In this document: one piece after another, positions 27,502-37,102 of the stretch | Layout of the letters: each line of letters starts with the position of its first letter | How positions within the stretch are numbered: position 1 is the first letter of the stretch | Origin: a virus | Lineage: Duplodnaviria > Caudoviricetes | Length of the DNA: 64,000 nucleotides | Reading direction: 5' to 3' (one strand) | Virus record (IMG/VR): IMGVR_UViG_2593339199_000002 | Span: 35,905-99,904 of that record | Translations under genes and position numbers: made by a program | Notes under the pieces: model-generated | Seen by the model: the letters and a program-made list of their open reading frames with translations, nothing else | What the model was told of the DNA's origin: nothing | Databases searched by the model: none

Positions 27502-27744
27502 ATGTCCGAAAGAACCGTCACTGAAGGGGTGTTTACCGTCCGTCAGGTTGCTTCCATTCTCGGGATTCATCGCGACACGATGAAATACTGGGAAGAGAAC
27601 AACTTGATCCCGAAGGCACGCCGAAACCCGAAGAATGGATACCGCATCTACAATGAAGCTGAGATCAAGGAAATCGCTAGATCCAGGGGCCTTCTGGCCG
27701 TTGAAATAGAAGCTGCGCTGGTGAAAGAGCGACTCCAAATTTAG
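27502..27744 (+). CDS. MerR-family HTH protein
   Basis: VRQVASILGIHRDTMKYWEENNLIP...NGYRIY. Confidence 0.85.
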   Translation: MSERTVTEGVFTVRQVASILGIHRDTMKYWEENNLIPKARRNPKNGYRIYNEAEIKEIARSRGLLAVEIEAALVKERLQI

Positions 27745-27757
27745 GTAGTGCTGTTAG

Positions 27758-27786
27758 TTGACAGCTTCCAGTTGTACCCTTATAAT
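27758..27786 (+). promoter_or_regulatory. Consensus SigA promoter
   Basis: TTGACA-N17-TATAAT. Confidence 0.85.
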
Positions 27787-27980
27787 TACCTCTTGTGACA
27801 CTATGGTATACCGATAAGGGATGCACTTGGAGTACAAAATGCGAGCGTAAAGGAGACGGATGAAACTCAGTACATATTTCCACGTATCCACTAGCTTTTT
27901 CTCGTATTTTTACGCTATCCGGAGGAAAATCGACTGATGCGGCACAATGCACCCTGAGATCACGCCATATGGCTCCAAAT

Positions 27981-27994
27981 TGTAATGCATTATT
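27981..27994. promoter_or_regulatory. TGTAATGCATTACA-type palindrome (12/14)
   Basis: TGTAATGCATTATT upstream of TGTTATAAT. Confidence 0.5.
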
Positions 27995-28081
27995 TCCATC
28001 CGTCTTTCTCTATGTTATAATATTTGTATCAATGGAACGTGTTACAATTTGGTAAACTGCCGCGAAGGGTGGATTTGGAAA

Positions 28082-28717
28082 ATGTCTGAAATGAGACAGC
28101 TGGAGGAAATGGGACTGAGTAAAGGAGAACAGCTCGTCTACACATTTCTCAAAGAAGAATCGCAACAACACGAAGGCGCGATCGTGCAGATTTCGATGGA
28201 CCAGATGCGTCACATGATTCTGGAAAGGTACGGCGAGCTCATTGTGCCAAGGAAGCGCGCGAACGGCCCAGCCGAGCGCACGTTTAGTGAGGCCACTGTG
28301 CATCGTGCGATTACCAAATTGCAACAAGCCGGTGTAATCGGCATACGCCCATCCGTGGATAAGGCTGAGGCCAACGCTATTAAGTTCTTTGGGATTCCGG
28401 ATCCATGGGAACAGGTTGAGCAATTCATCGAACTGTCAAGCAACCTTCAAATGGCTGCGCAGCAATTCAAATCGATTCTTGAGAGCAAAGATCGTGAGAT
28501 TCAACAGCTGCAGCGTGAAAGAGCCCAACTGTTCCGTGAACTAGACGAACTGTCCGATGCGACTCGAAGGGCCAACGAGCTGAACGATCAACTCCAGCAA
28601 ACAATGCGCCAAATGCATGAGGGGAAATCAAGTCCTTTCGATGAGAGCATGATCATAGCTGTAGCAGACTTGGAGGATGGGACCACCGCTTACATCACGA
28701 AGAAGTTAGAAAGTTAA
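28082..28717 (+). CDS. Winged-HTH plus coiled-coil protein
   Basis: SEATVHRAITKLQQAGVI. Confidence 0.7.
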   Translation: MSEMRQLEEMGLSKGEQLVYTFLKEESQQHEGAIVQISMDQMRHMILERYGELIVPRKRANGPAERTFSEATVHRAITKLQQAGVIGIRPSVDKAEANAIKFFGIPDPWEQVEQFIELSSNLQMAAQQFKSILESKDREIQQLQRERAQLFRELDELSDATRRANELNDQLQQTMRQMHEGKSSPFDESMIIAVADLEDGTTAYITKKLES

Positions 28718-28738
28718 GCGAGGAAGGGGCCCCGCGGC

Positions 28739-29413
28739 ATGTTCAGTGGAAATCGAGTCAAAAAGAAAGAGTGTTATACCAGGTGGCTGGCCAGCGTTGT
28801 GACCAACAACGTTGGCCTACATGATCCCATCTTCCGAGATCGAGCGATTAAAGCATTACAGTCCAGTCCGCTGGCTTATGCTGAAGTCAAAGCAGAGATT
28901 GGGGATGACATCGCGGACAACTGGAAGCGAGACATGGCGCCATTCGATAAGCCTATGGATGACGGATTATGCTTCCGCTTAAAGCTGGATCGAAATCAGT
29001 TCATCGTGACGTACTGCGACGCAGAAGTGGCTTATCGGTCAGGTTTTACGACGAGACAAGCATTGGGAAAGCCTGTAGCAAGCATTTTTCAAGATAAGGA
29101 GGTTGTGGACGCACTCTCAGAACTGCACATCAAAGCCTGGTGCGGCATGGATGTCATTTTCTTCGGCAGCGGAAACAAGCCAAATAGCGATTATCGGGTT
29201 CACCTAAAGCGAGTAGGCGAAGAACTTGTTGGGTATCTCGAATTTATTGATCGCTATAAGCTTGACGACGACATCGTGAAAGCCAAAACCGTCGATCTGC
29301 AGTCATTAAAAAAGAAAAAGCCACCGATCTCCGAACTTCTTCGACCGCACATGTATCGGTCGTTAACGGAGGATCAGGTGGCAATTATTCTCGATCAGCT
29401 GCGAGAGATGTAA
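28739..29413 (+). CDS. Hypothetical protein, possible PAS-like domain
   Basis: IVTYCDAEVAYRSGFTTRQALGKPVASIF. Confidence 0.55.
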   Translation: MFSGNRVKKKECYTRWLASVVTNNVGLHDPIFRDRAIKALQSSPLAYAEVKAEIGDDIADNWKRDMAPFDKPMDDGLCFRLKLDRNQFIVTYCDAEVAYRSGFTTRQALGKPVASIFQDKEVVDALSELHIKAWCGMDVIFFGSGNKPNSDYRVHLKRVGEELVGYLEFIDRYKLDDDIVKAKTVDLQSLKKKKPPISELLRPHMYRSLTEDQVAIILDQLREM

Positions 29414-29428
29414 GGGGGCAATAAAGTC

Positions 29429-29896
29429 ATGAGTTACGTCTTGGAACGCCTTCTTAGCGAGGATCTTGTCGCTTGGGAGCAGCTCGTATCCGACTACGAG
29501 ATGCATACCGTCGCGCTTAAGGTTCCGCGGGAAAACTCAATCGAGTCATTACATGACTTCAACATTCGGGCTAACGAGCTGTACACTCGGGCCTCTTTTG
29601 ATTTCGCTCGTGCGCGTCGAAATAAGGACGCCATCGAACGATTTGTCGAAAACGTGCTCAAGGACTATTACAACGGTCCGAATGAGCTTGCGCGTAAGGC
29701 CGGCGGGATTCAATATGCCCGGGCCTTTCCGGCACCAGATGCATGGCGTGAGCCGCACGTCAACCTGTTTGACCTGGAAGACCGCTTTCGCCATTATTAC
29801 TACATGATGGATTCGGTTATCAGTTCGTTGGAGGCGAAAGCTGAAAGCCGGATCACAAATAATTCACTGCTCAAGCTTGAACAGAATTTAACTTGA
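29429..29896 (+). CDS. Hypothetical helical protein
   Basis: ORF; AAGGGGG RBS. Confidence 0.7.
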   Translation: MSYVLERLLSEDLVAWEQLVSDYEMHTVALKVPRENSIESLHDFNIRANELYTRASFDFARARRNKDAIERFVENVLKDYYNGPNELARKAGGIQYARAFPAPDAWREPHVNLFDLEDRFRHYYYMMDSVISSLEAKAESRITNNSLLKLEQNLT

Positions 29897-29926
29897 CAGT
29901 AGTAGTATAACCCGCGGCACCAAACT

Positions 29927-29988
29927 GATACAATTGCTTTAGTTGTACGGATATTTATCTTGACAACGGGCAATTGTATCTTTATAAT
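29927..29988 (+). promoter_or_regulatory. Consensus SigA promoter with an 11-bp inverted repeat
   Basis: TTGACA(29960)-N17-TATAAT; GATACAATTGC...GCAATTGTATC. Confidence 0.8.
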
Positions 29989-30020
29989 ATCCATTTCTGA
30001 GCCTAAGAGGAGTAGGTTAC

Positions 30021-30377
30021 GTGAAGCTGCCAATGACGGTCATGAGGCTTGATGAAGAAGATAATCCATCTCTGGCCATCATTGATCTGCATGATTGTGA
30101 CTTTATCGAAAACGAAGGAAGGCGCATCGTATATCATATTAGGGATGAGAAATATTATCATATCGGAACCAAGTCCGAAATGGAAATGCTTCTTGAGAAG
30201 GAAGGGTTTGAAATATTGGACCGTCCATACCTGGTGAATATGAAGCACATCGACCGGTTCGACGAAAAGTTTTGCAAAGTTTTTTTCAAATCGACAACCA
30301 ACAAAAGCGTTACAGTTGCGCGAGGATCGGTTAAACTGGTTAAAGAATATCTAGCGCGCGAGAAAAATAAGGGTTGA
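30021..30377 (+). CDS. Stand-alone LytTR DNA-binding protein
   Basis: FEILDRPYLVNMKHI...VTVAR. Confidence 0.85.
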   Translation: MKLPMTVMRLDEEDNPSLAIIDLHDCDFIENEGRRIVYHIRDEKYYHIGTKSEMEMLLEKEGFEILDRPYLVNMKHIDRFDEKFCKVFFKSTTNKSVTVARGSVKLVKEYLAREKNKG

Positions 30378-30426
30378 GGGTAATACTTTCGGCGGTATTC
30401 CGAACACGGTTTTGGAGGAAATTAGC

Positions 30427-31116
30427 ATGCATAATTTGTTAATGGAATATTACCGTCATTTTTTTCAAGCTTCCGCTTACATGATGATGATCATCGTATC
30501 CCTTCGGATATTTCGCTTCCACGTTTCCGTTCAGGATATCAATGCGCTTTTTATCGTAGGCATCGGTGGCACGTACATAAATCATCTCATTAAAGGGGAT
30601 GAGGCTGGATACCTGCCACTTAATGTATTAGTCATTCTTTGTATCTTTATAATTTTGATTATTGCCATGACTCAAATTTCATGGCAGTATGCCTATGTTA
30701 TTGCCACGACAGGCTTTGCAGCGTTGGGCCTGTCCAGCATACCTGCTTATTTCCTGATTCATTTTTTTGATGAGCAGAATTTTACGTTTGAACCTAAAGG
30801 CGATGGAATTGCCGGTACCTTCTTCCTGATTAGTACCATCGTATTAAGTATTATGAGTATCATTATTAAAGGATCTAACTTTGGATTTGTTATTAAGGAA
30901 TACTGCCATTTGAGCATTCGAACTCGTCGAGGCCTAATGACGTATGCAGTTTCAACGACTTTCTTGTTGCTTCTTATGCTGGTAAGCGCAAACAAGCATA
31001 CATATGGGATGACGAATGCCTACGAGCTGGCGGCGAAAACACTGCTTCTCGCCTTGTTGATGTATGTCCCATTCGTGATTTTCTGGTTGTTTTATCATAA
31101 ATTTCATCGAAAATGA
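30427..31116 (+). CDS. Polytopic membrane protein
   Basis: About 7 TM segments, AT-rich, follows the LytTR gene. Confidence 0.75.
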   Translation: MHNLLMEYYRHFFQASAYMMMIIVSLRIFRFHVSVQDINALFIVGIGGTYINHLIKGDEAGYLPLNVLVILCIFIILIIAMTQISWQYAYVIATTGFAALGLSSIPAYFLIHFFDEQNFTFEPKGDGIAGTFFLISTIVLSIMSIIIKGSNFGFVIKEYCHLSIRTRRGLMTYAVSTTFLLLLMLVSANKHTYGMTNAYELAAKTLLLALLMYVPFVIFWLFYHKFHRK

Positions 31117-31124
31117 GGGATATC

Positions 31125-31679
31125 ATGAGTGACTGTGTGTATGAGCAGGAGTGCGCTAATGCAGGCAGCTCCTGCTTTAAATGTTTTGACTTCGGCATGT
31201 ATAAGCCGAAGAAAGGGCCGTCTCGGCTTGGTGGGTCAACAAAGCGAAGTAAGGAGAAGAAGGCCGGCATGGACTTCGAGAACCGCGGCACACGGGCTTA
31301 TAACCACGCTGTCACTGCTGCAAAGGATGTGGCACGCCGCCAGATCGCTTCTGGGGCCAAACATTGGGCACTCGGAGACATGATCACTGAAGAGGCCCTT
31401 ACAGCCGCCCTGGCCGAGTTTAAAGAGCGAGGCTCGCTCTCCGCGAAGGGAGAAAAGCAGATCACGATCAAGCGCGAGTGGCTGGAGAAGCTGGCCGATG
31501 AAGCACGTCAGATGAAACGCGAGTTCCACTTCTTACCGTTTGCGTTCTCCGGCGATACGAAGGACTACGTAGTAATGGAATACGATCGGCTGCTCGCGTA
31601 TATTCAGATCATTCAATCGCTGGTAGAGGAAATGCGGCTGCTGCGCATGCAAATGGAGGTTGAAGCTAGTGGGAGATGA
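31125..31679 (+). CDS. PD-(D/E)xK nuclease, Holliday-junction resolvase-like
   Basis: GMDFE, RRQIASGA, GD...AEFK, ITIKREWLEK. Confidence 0.65.
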   Translation: MSDCVYEQECANAGSSCFKCFDFGMYKPKKGPSRLGGSTKRSKEKKAGMDFENRGTRAYNHAVTAAKDVARRQIASGAKHWALGDMITEEALTAALAEFKERGSLSAKGEKQITIKREWLEKLADEARQMKREFHFLPFAFSGDTKDYVVMEYDRLLAYIQIIQSLVEEMRLLRMQMEVEASGR

Positions 31680-31992
31680 CTCAATCCTGGATGAACTGAA
31701 TGCGCTGGATTCCACGCCGGAGGCTAGCTCCATCCAAACAGGCAATGTGTTTGACTTTGATCAGGATATTGCGGCATACTTTATTATGAACGTCAAAAAG
31801 ATGCACATTACAAAAGATCATCTTGAAGTTATGCTTGGCGTCTTGATGACACATGTGCATCAGTTCCATTTTATGGCGCAGCATGTGAAGCCTGAGCTTG
31901 TCTGGAGGATGTATGATGAGATTATCCGGGGATCCGGCATTCAGACGGTTCAACAGACAACGCCCGCGGGCTGGGATGTTGAATTTGACTGA
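31660..31992 (+). CDS. Hypothetical protein
   Basis: ORF; GGAGG RBS. Confidence 0.6.
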   Translation: MKLVGDDSILDELNALDSTPEASSIQTGNVFDFDQDIAAYFIMNVKKMHITKDHLEVMLGVLMTHVHQFHFMAQHVKPELVWRMYDEIIRGSGIQTVQQTTPAGWDVEFD

Positions 31993-32035
31993 TGGAGACC
32001 TGTTGTTCGACTTGGTTCAGTTATCGCGGTTTTTC

Positions 32036-32056
32036 GCCGCTGACGCGGCATCTCAT
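32036..32056 (+). promoter_or_regulatory. TGAC-loop hairpin motif copy 15
   Basis: GCCGC-TGAC-GCGGC-AT-CTCAT. Confidence 0.85.
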
Positions 32057-32084
32057 ATCGAATTATAAATGAGGAGGAATCATC

Positions 32085-32822
32085 ATGTCTGCATATGCCA
32101 CCCCGTTTGAACTTGCCCTATCCGAAGAAGATCTTTCGATGCTCGACAGCCTGGATCAGCTTATTGCGAACGTCCAGGAGGCCGGCGGCACCGTTTCCCG
32201 CGAGCTCGATGAGCTGACGATCCGCAAGATGGTTATTCGCCGAAAGTTCATGCTTCGGGAACAGGAGCGCCTGAAAATGCTGCGCGACGCGATTAAGGCT
32301 GAATGGGATCAAAAGATCAAGAAGATTGACGATGAAATCGCAAACATGGATAAGCTGATGCTGCAGTTCGTGGTTGAGAAAGGCGATAAGCTGCAGCTCG
32401 ACGTCGCAACGGTCTCGCAACGTAAAGTGGGGCATAAGGTGACGATCAGCAACGAGGATGACTTTAAGGCGCAGCTGTCGGCAGCCGGCTTGCTGGAACA
32501 GTTCCTGGGCGATCGCCCAGTCAATCTGGCGGCGGCCAAGTCGCATTACATTGCGGAGCTCGACAAAGAGATCGATACGATCGAGGAGTCGGCGAAGCAA
32601 ATGATTAAGGCGAAGGAGGAAGCGCTCAAGTTCGCCATGAAGGAAATGAAGCCGGCCGACAAGAAAGAAGCACAGGCACAAATGGCGCGTGAGAAGAAGG
32701 AGATCCTGCAGGGTGCCGAGCTGGCAATCCGCGAAGCGATCGAATCGTTCAAAATGCGCCTGCCGGCGGCACTGGCGTATGAGCCGGAATCCAAGGGATT
32801 AAGCATCCGCATGAACTATTAA
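32085..32822 (+). CDS. Mu Gam/Gp157-like coiled-coil protein (possible DNA-end protection)
   Basis: Coiled coil followed by KLQLDVATVSQRK. Confidence 0.55.
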   Translation: MSAYATPFELALSEEDLSMLDSLDQLIANVQEAGGTVSRELDELTIRKMVIRRKFMLREQERLKMLRDAIKAEWDQKIKKIDDEIANMDKLMLQFVVEKGDKLQLDVATVSQRKVGHKVTISNEDDFKAQLSAAGLLEQFLGDRPVNLAAAKSHYIAELDKEIDTIEESAKQMIKAKEEALKFAMKEMKPADKKEAQAQMAREKKEILQGAELAIREAIESFKMRLPAALAYEPESKGLSIRMNY

Positions 32823-32836
32823 GAGCCGAACCTTAG

Positions 32837-32873
32837 TGGCGTTCTCTGTTTATCTACAGAGAGCGCCATTTTT
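32837..32873 (+). terminator. Intrinsic terminator
   Basis: TGGCGTTCTCTGT/ACAGAGAGCGCCA plus T run. Confidence 0.8.
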
Positions 32874-32876
32874 CTG

Positions 32877-32922
32877 TTGTTTTTTCAAGAATATTAGCAT
32901 ATACTAATTGTAATGCATTACA
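32877..32922 (+). promoter_or_regulatory. SigA-like promoter with perfect TGTAATGCATTACA palindrome near +1
   Basis: TTGTTT-N17-TATACT, palindrome at 32909-32922. Confidence 0.7.
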
Positions 32923-32938
32923 TAATGGTGGTGAGCAC

Positions 32939-33775
32939 ATGAATAGCACGGCAAGAATACCCGAGAAGCATAATCAACTTCGCTTTATCGGCGTGACGAA
33001 AGACGCTGTGACAGCAGGGCCCGGAAAGCGTTTGGAATTGTTCCTGAAAGGCTGTATCCGCGGCATTATCAATCCGTGCGAAGGATGCTTCAATCCGACG
33101 ACATGGGAATTTGGCGGGCTGCGACGCGACATGTATGTTCAAGAGGTCGTAGATCTCATCGTCCGTGATGCGTGGAACTGGCAGGTGACGTTCTGCGGTG
33201 GCGAGCCGCTGTTGCAAACGCGAAACCTAATCAAAGTCTGCCGCGCGCTCAAGGAGCGTGATCCCCGGTTTCACATCGTCGTCTATACGGCCTATACGTT
33301 GGAGAACTTGCTAAATCAAGGCATTGTATTCCACTACAAATCCGTCAAAGATGAAGAGGAGCGGGCACAGGTAAAAGAAGCTCTCGATGCCTATTCCCGC
33401 TGGGATAACAAACAACCGGAAATGAAAATCATCGTTAAGGAACACGAGATTCGCGAGCTCATGAAGCATATTGATCTTCTAGTGGACGGCGATTATCAAT
33501 CTGATAAGCGGATCCCGACCGAGCAGTTTATGAACGAGGGCATGTTCGTCGGCTCCAGCAATCAGCGTGTTATCGATACGAAGGAGACGCTGCAGCGCGA
33601 TCCAAAGTTCGTCTTCGAGTATGCCGATCACTGGATGCGCAAGCATCTGACGTTTAAGCACTGCAAATGCTGCGGCCACCCACTCCGAAATCGGGCCTTC
33701 ACATACTGTGACAGGCGATGCCGCAAAGCATGGCATAAGCGCAACAAGGACATGGCCGTCTTCGGCGGCGCTTAA
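32939..33775 (+). CDS. NrdG-like radical SAM activase with C-terminal Zn finger
   Basis: GPGKR...GC-x7-CEGCFN, GGEPL, DLLVDGDY, GSSNQR. Confidence 0.8.
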   Translation: MNSTARIPEKHNQLRFIGVTKDAVTAGPGKRLELFLKGCIRGIINPCEGCFNPTTWEFGGLRRDMYVQEVVDLIVRDAWNWQVTFCGGEPLLQTRNLIKVCRALKERDPRFHIVVYTAYTLENLLNQGIVFHYKSVKDEEERAQVKEALDAYSRWDNKQPEMKIIVKEHEIRELMKHIDLLVDGDYQSDKRIPTEQFMNEGMFVGSSNQRVIDTKETLQRDPKFVFEYADHWMRKHLTFKHCKCCGHPLRNRAFTYCDRRCRKAWHKRNKDMAVFGGA

Positions 33776-34824
33776 TGTCTAATCTCGACTTCGAGCCGTT
33801 TTATGATTTTCTGCATCAGGAGCTGGATGCCTTGTCTGTCGATAAACCAACCCTCACGATCAATCCTGCCTATGAGCAGGCCCAAAGCAAGAAGCAGCGT
33901 CGATCGCTGCGTAAATTCCTGGAGGTGCTAAAGATGCCTGTTCCAAGTCCAAAGCCGACGTTCGCCGGTGAGACGGATTACATTAATACCGACCTTCTGC
34001 CGCGCGTCATTATCGAGCCGGAGTTCCTGTTCGACTTCGATGATAAGCAGAAGAAGAAAATCGCATTCAATCTGGACGTTGATCCTGAGGACAAGCAAAA
34101 CATCCTGCTCAACGCCACTTTTCATAACGGCTACGTCGGTCAGGCCAATCTGAGCTTGGTGCATTTGGAAAAAGAGCTATCCAACATCATGCATGGCGAC
34201 CGCTCGAAGCGCCTGGAGCACAGTCCGCTGTTCAAGGATGCCATCGGTAACATGCTCCGCGAGTTCACGTACAACTACCGGGCCCGCGGCGAAATGTTTA
34301 TCCAGCTCGGCGTCCAGTATGAAATGAGCGCCGGTCTTGGTATCATCCGCGACACCAAGACCGATCAGGATGTCGGCACATTCGAGAGCTTCTTTTATCG
34401 GACTGATGCCAAAGACAAGTCTGAATACATCATCGGCGATGTTATCTTGTCGGGCCGGACGGAGAAGGATCTGGAGGATGTAAGACGATTCGTGTATTAT
34501 TTCTTCGATCTGAATGAAGGGCGCATCTATTCAATCGAGCCGGTCAAATGGGGCACGACTCAGCACGGTGAAGTGACCGACTTCTCCATCAAGCTGCATG
34601 ACGTGAACATCCACATCGAGAATATGGAGGACGATCATCCGAAACTGGAGCTTGTGCGTCAAGCTCAGGAGACCAAATCCGTCATCCGCTCGTTCAAGGC
34701 GGATCCGCTGTTCGACGAGGAGTTCCAACGCTTCAAGGAGCCGCGCATGGCGCTTATTAAGTCCAGCCAAGAGTCGGCCAAGAAGCAGAAAATGGTCAAC
34801 ATGTTTGCGGATATCGATCTATAG
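33775..34824 (+). CDS. Hypothetical protein
   Basis: 349-aa ORF; TAATG coupling. Confidence 0.8.
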   Translation: MSNLDFEPFYDFLHQELDALSVDKPTLTINPAYEQAQSKKQRRSLRKFLEVLKMPVPSPKPTFAGETDYINTDLLPRVIIEPEFLFDFDDKQKKKIAFNLDVDPEDKQNILLNATFHNGYVGQANLSLVHLEKELSNIMHGDRSKRLEHSPLFKDAIGNMLREFTYNYRARGEMFIQLGVQYEMSAGLGIIRDTKTDQDVGTFESFFYRTDAKDKSEYIIGDVILSGRTEKDLEDVRRFVYYFFDLNEGRIYSIEPVKWGTTQHGEVTDFSIKLHDVNIHIENMEDDHPKLELVRQAQETKSVIRSFKADPLFDEEFQRFKEPRMALIKSSQESAKKQKMVNMFADIDL

Positions 34825-34844
34825 TCGCTGACGCGACAATTCTT
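34824..34844 (+). promoter_or_regulatory. TGAC-loop hairpin motif copy 16
   Basis: GTCGC-TGAC-GCGAC-AA-TTCTT. Confidence 0.8.
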
Positions 34845-34869
34845 TTAAACAAAACCGAGGAGGCTTATC

Positions 34870-36501
34870 ATGACAACAAAATTGATGACCGGTCTGGAAG
34901 AAATCAATACACTGATGAACTCGCGCCGCCGCGCGATCTTGGTGACCACTTATGAGGAGGAGAGGTTCCAGGAAGACATGAAATCGCTCGTGGAGCAGAA
35001 GGGCTACCACGGCTACGCATGGTCGATTACGGCAGGCGTGTCGGATATCATCACCGGCGAAGTGAAGCAGAAAATCTACGATCCGATTAAGATCATGGAT
35101 CATATTGCCCAATACGACGAGCAGGCCGTTTTCATCATCAAGGACTTCCATGACATCTGGACCAACTACCAGGCTAAGCGTAAGCTGCGCGATATTCTGG
35201 AGTCCGCCGATCAAATCTACAAGCCACTCGTGCTGGTATCGCCAACGGCGAGCATCCCGGCCGAACTGGAGAAGATCATCACGGTCGTGCCATTCGAGCT
35301 TCCAAACCGTGATCAAGTCGTTGCGATGCTGGAGTCGATGGAAGAATACCTTCGCCTGAAGGATCTGGAAGTGCCATCGGGCCGTGAGCGCGAAGCCATC
35401 ATTCACGCCCTGACCGGTATGACGCAATCCGAAGTTGTGAACGTGCTGAAGAAATCCGTGGCAAAGAACCGCAAGATCGAGCTCGCAGAGATCGTGGCCG
35501 AGAAGGAACAGGTCATCCGAAAGACCGGTCTGCTCGAGTATATCACCAAGCTGGGCGACATGAGCAATGTCGGAGGCATGGATATGCTCAAAGCATGGGC
35601 AGCTGATGCCTACTTCGCTTTCGATCCGGAAGCCCGCAATTATAACGTCGATGCAGTGCGCGGTATGGTACTGACGGGTCCTCCGGGAACCGGTAAGTCG
35701 TTGTCGGCAAAAGCGATCGCCTTCGACTGGAACCTGCCGCTGCTCAAAATGAACATGGGCGACATCATGGATTCTCGCGTCGGCCAGTCCGAGAAGAACA
35801 TCGCACGCGCTCTCAAGTTGGCTGAAGCCGTCAGCCCATGTGTTCTCTGGATGGACGAGTTCGAGAAAGGTTTGTCTGGCCTTGGCAGCTCGGATAAATC
35901 CGATGCTGGTACGATGAGCCGCGTAATCCAAGAGATCTTGACTTGGCTCTCCGAGAAGACAGCTGCAGTGTTCGTCGTGGCTACGGCGAATGATGTAACC
36001 AAGCTGCCGCCGGAGCTCACTCGTGCCGGTCGTTTCGATGCCGTCATGTTCGTATCGCTTCCGCATGAAGCTGAACGCTTCGATATCCTTAGCATTCACC
36101 TGAAGAAGCGCGGGTATGAGGTCGATCCTGTTGAAACGGCGACTGACGCGACGAACTGGTTTGGATCTTCTGACCTGAAACGTCTGGCAGAAACGATGAA
36201 AGATTTCTCTGGCGCCGAAATCGAACAAGTTGTGGCTGAAGCCGGCCGCCGGTCCTACGCTGCTTACCGCAAGAATGATCGTGCGCATCACCACATCACG
36301 CTTGCCGATCTGCAGGAGCAAGTCAAGAATGTTGTGCCGCTCGCGAAGCGGGATCCGCTCTTGATGGCCGAACTGCGCCGCTGGGCGAAACAATCGGCAA
36401 AGTGCGCGTCGAGCAGCGAGCATGCGTTCCTGCATAACGAGTACAAGGAAGAAAACAAGCCGATGCTTCGCACGATTCCGGATCTCGAATTTAACGATTA
36501 A
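34870..36501 (+). CDS. Ycf46-like AAA+ ATPase
   Basis: TYEEER, KDFH, VGGMDMLK, GPPGTGKS, WMDEFEK, TRAGRFD. Confidence 0.9.
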   Translation: MTTKLMTGLEEINTLMNSRRRAILVTTYEEERFQEDMKSLVEQKGYHGYAWSITAGVSDIITGEVKQKIYDPIKIMDHIAQYDEQAVFIIKDFHDIWTNYQAKRKLRDILESADQIYKPLVLVSPTASIPAELEKIITVVPFELPNRDQVVAMLESMEEYLRLKDLEVPSGREREAIIHALTGMTQSEVVNVLKKSVAKNRKIELAEIVAEKEQVIRKTGLLEYITKLGDMSNVGGMDMLKAWAADAYFAFDPEARNYNVDAVRGMVLTGPPGTGKSLSAKAIAFDWNLPLLKMNMGDIMDSRVGQSEKNIARALKLAEAVSPCVLWMDEFEKGLSGLGSSDKSDAGTMSRVIQEILTWLSEKTAAVFVVATANDVTKLPPELTRAGRFDAVMFVSLPHEAERFDILSIHLKKRGYEVDPVETATDATNWFGSSDLKRLAETMKDFSGAEIEQVVAEAGRRSYAAYRKNDRAHHHITLADLQEQVKNVVPLAKRDPLLMAELRRWAKQSAKCASSSEHAFLHNEYKEENKPMLRTIPDLEFND

Positions 36502-36512
36502 GGAGATTGCCG

Positions 36513-36896
36513 ATGAGCTATTACCGTGAAAGCGAAAGGCAGAGAGCCTACGAGCTCGTGGGGCAATCCATTGGCATGGAATCGGATATCTCCAAGCAGG
36601 AGAAGGTCCAGCGCGCCATTGAATTTGCCAAGGACGAGCTCGTGGAGCTGGACCAGGAGCTGCAAAAGTTTATGGAGAAGGTTCGCCATCTGCATGTCTT
36701 CGACGCACTGATCCGGCATCCGTTTGAAGCCCATGTCGATTCGTTGAAGCAGCAGGCGATTTATCTACTGGAGAAGGATTACACGCAGGAAGAACTGGAT
36801 CAAATGCCGGAGCATGTCTTTGATACGGTCGTCGTTGTCCAGAAGAAGCGGGTCGAGGTGCTGAAGGCAATCGCCCGTACGTATTTGAATCAATAA
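36513..36896 (+). CDS. Hypothetical helical protein
   Basis: AAGGAG RBS. Confidence 0.7.
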   Translation: MSYYRESERQRAYELVGQSIGMESDISKQEKVQRAIEFAKDELVELDQELQKFMEKVRHLHVFDALIRHPFEAHVDSLKQQAIYLLEKDYTQEELDQMPEHVFDTVVVVQKKRVEVLKAIARTYLNQ

Positions 36897-36900
36897 ATTG

Positions 36901-37066
36901 TATGTGGTGGCGGAATAGGTAGACGCAGGAGAGCCCAAAACATGGAAGGGTTCGATAGACGAGTGCTTCGGTGGTCTGTGGTAAGCGCCCCGCGCCGTGC
37001 GGGGAGAGTCGGAAGCAGTTAAATGAGTCAGTACACCTTGCAGGGTGCAAATCTCTGCCCACATAT
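36901..37066 (+). ncRNA. tRNA-like RNA with a ~113-nt structured insert in place of the anticodon/variable arms
   Basis: Acceptor TATGTGG/CCACATA; D arm GCG-GAATAGGTAGA-CGC; T arm GCAGGG-TGCAAAT-CTCTGC. Confidence 0.7.
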
Positions 37067-37102
37067 TGCTTTACAATTATCATTCCCAAGGAGGAACACA
37101 TC

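Noticed and set aside
32909-32922. Palindrome as a CcpA cre or LexA box
   Set aside because: Central GC instead of the conserved CG; no GAAC-N4-GTTC
32939-33775. QueE partner for the TGT-like gene
   Set aside because: Motifs GPG.R, FNP..W, VDG.Y and GSSNQR fit NrdG-like activases better
36901-37066. Canonical tRNA-Leu or tmRNA
   Set aside because: No anticodon stem-loop; no tag ORF or tmRNA-type alanine acceptor end; kept only as tRNA-like
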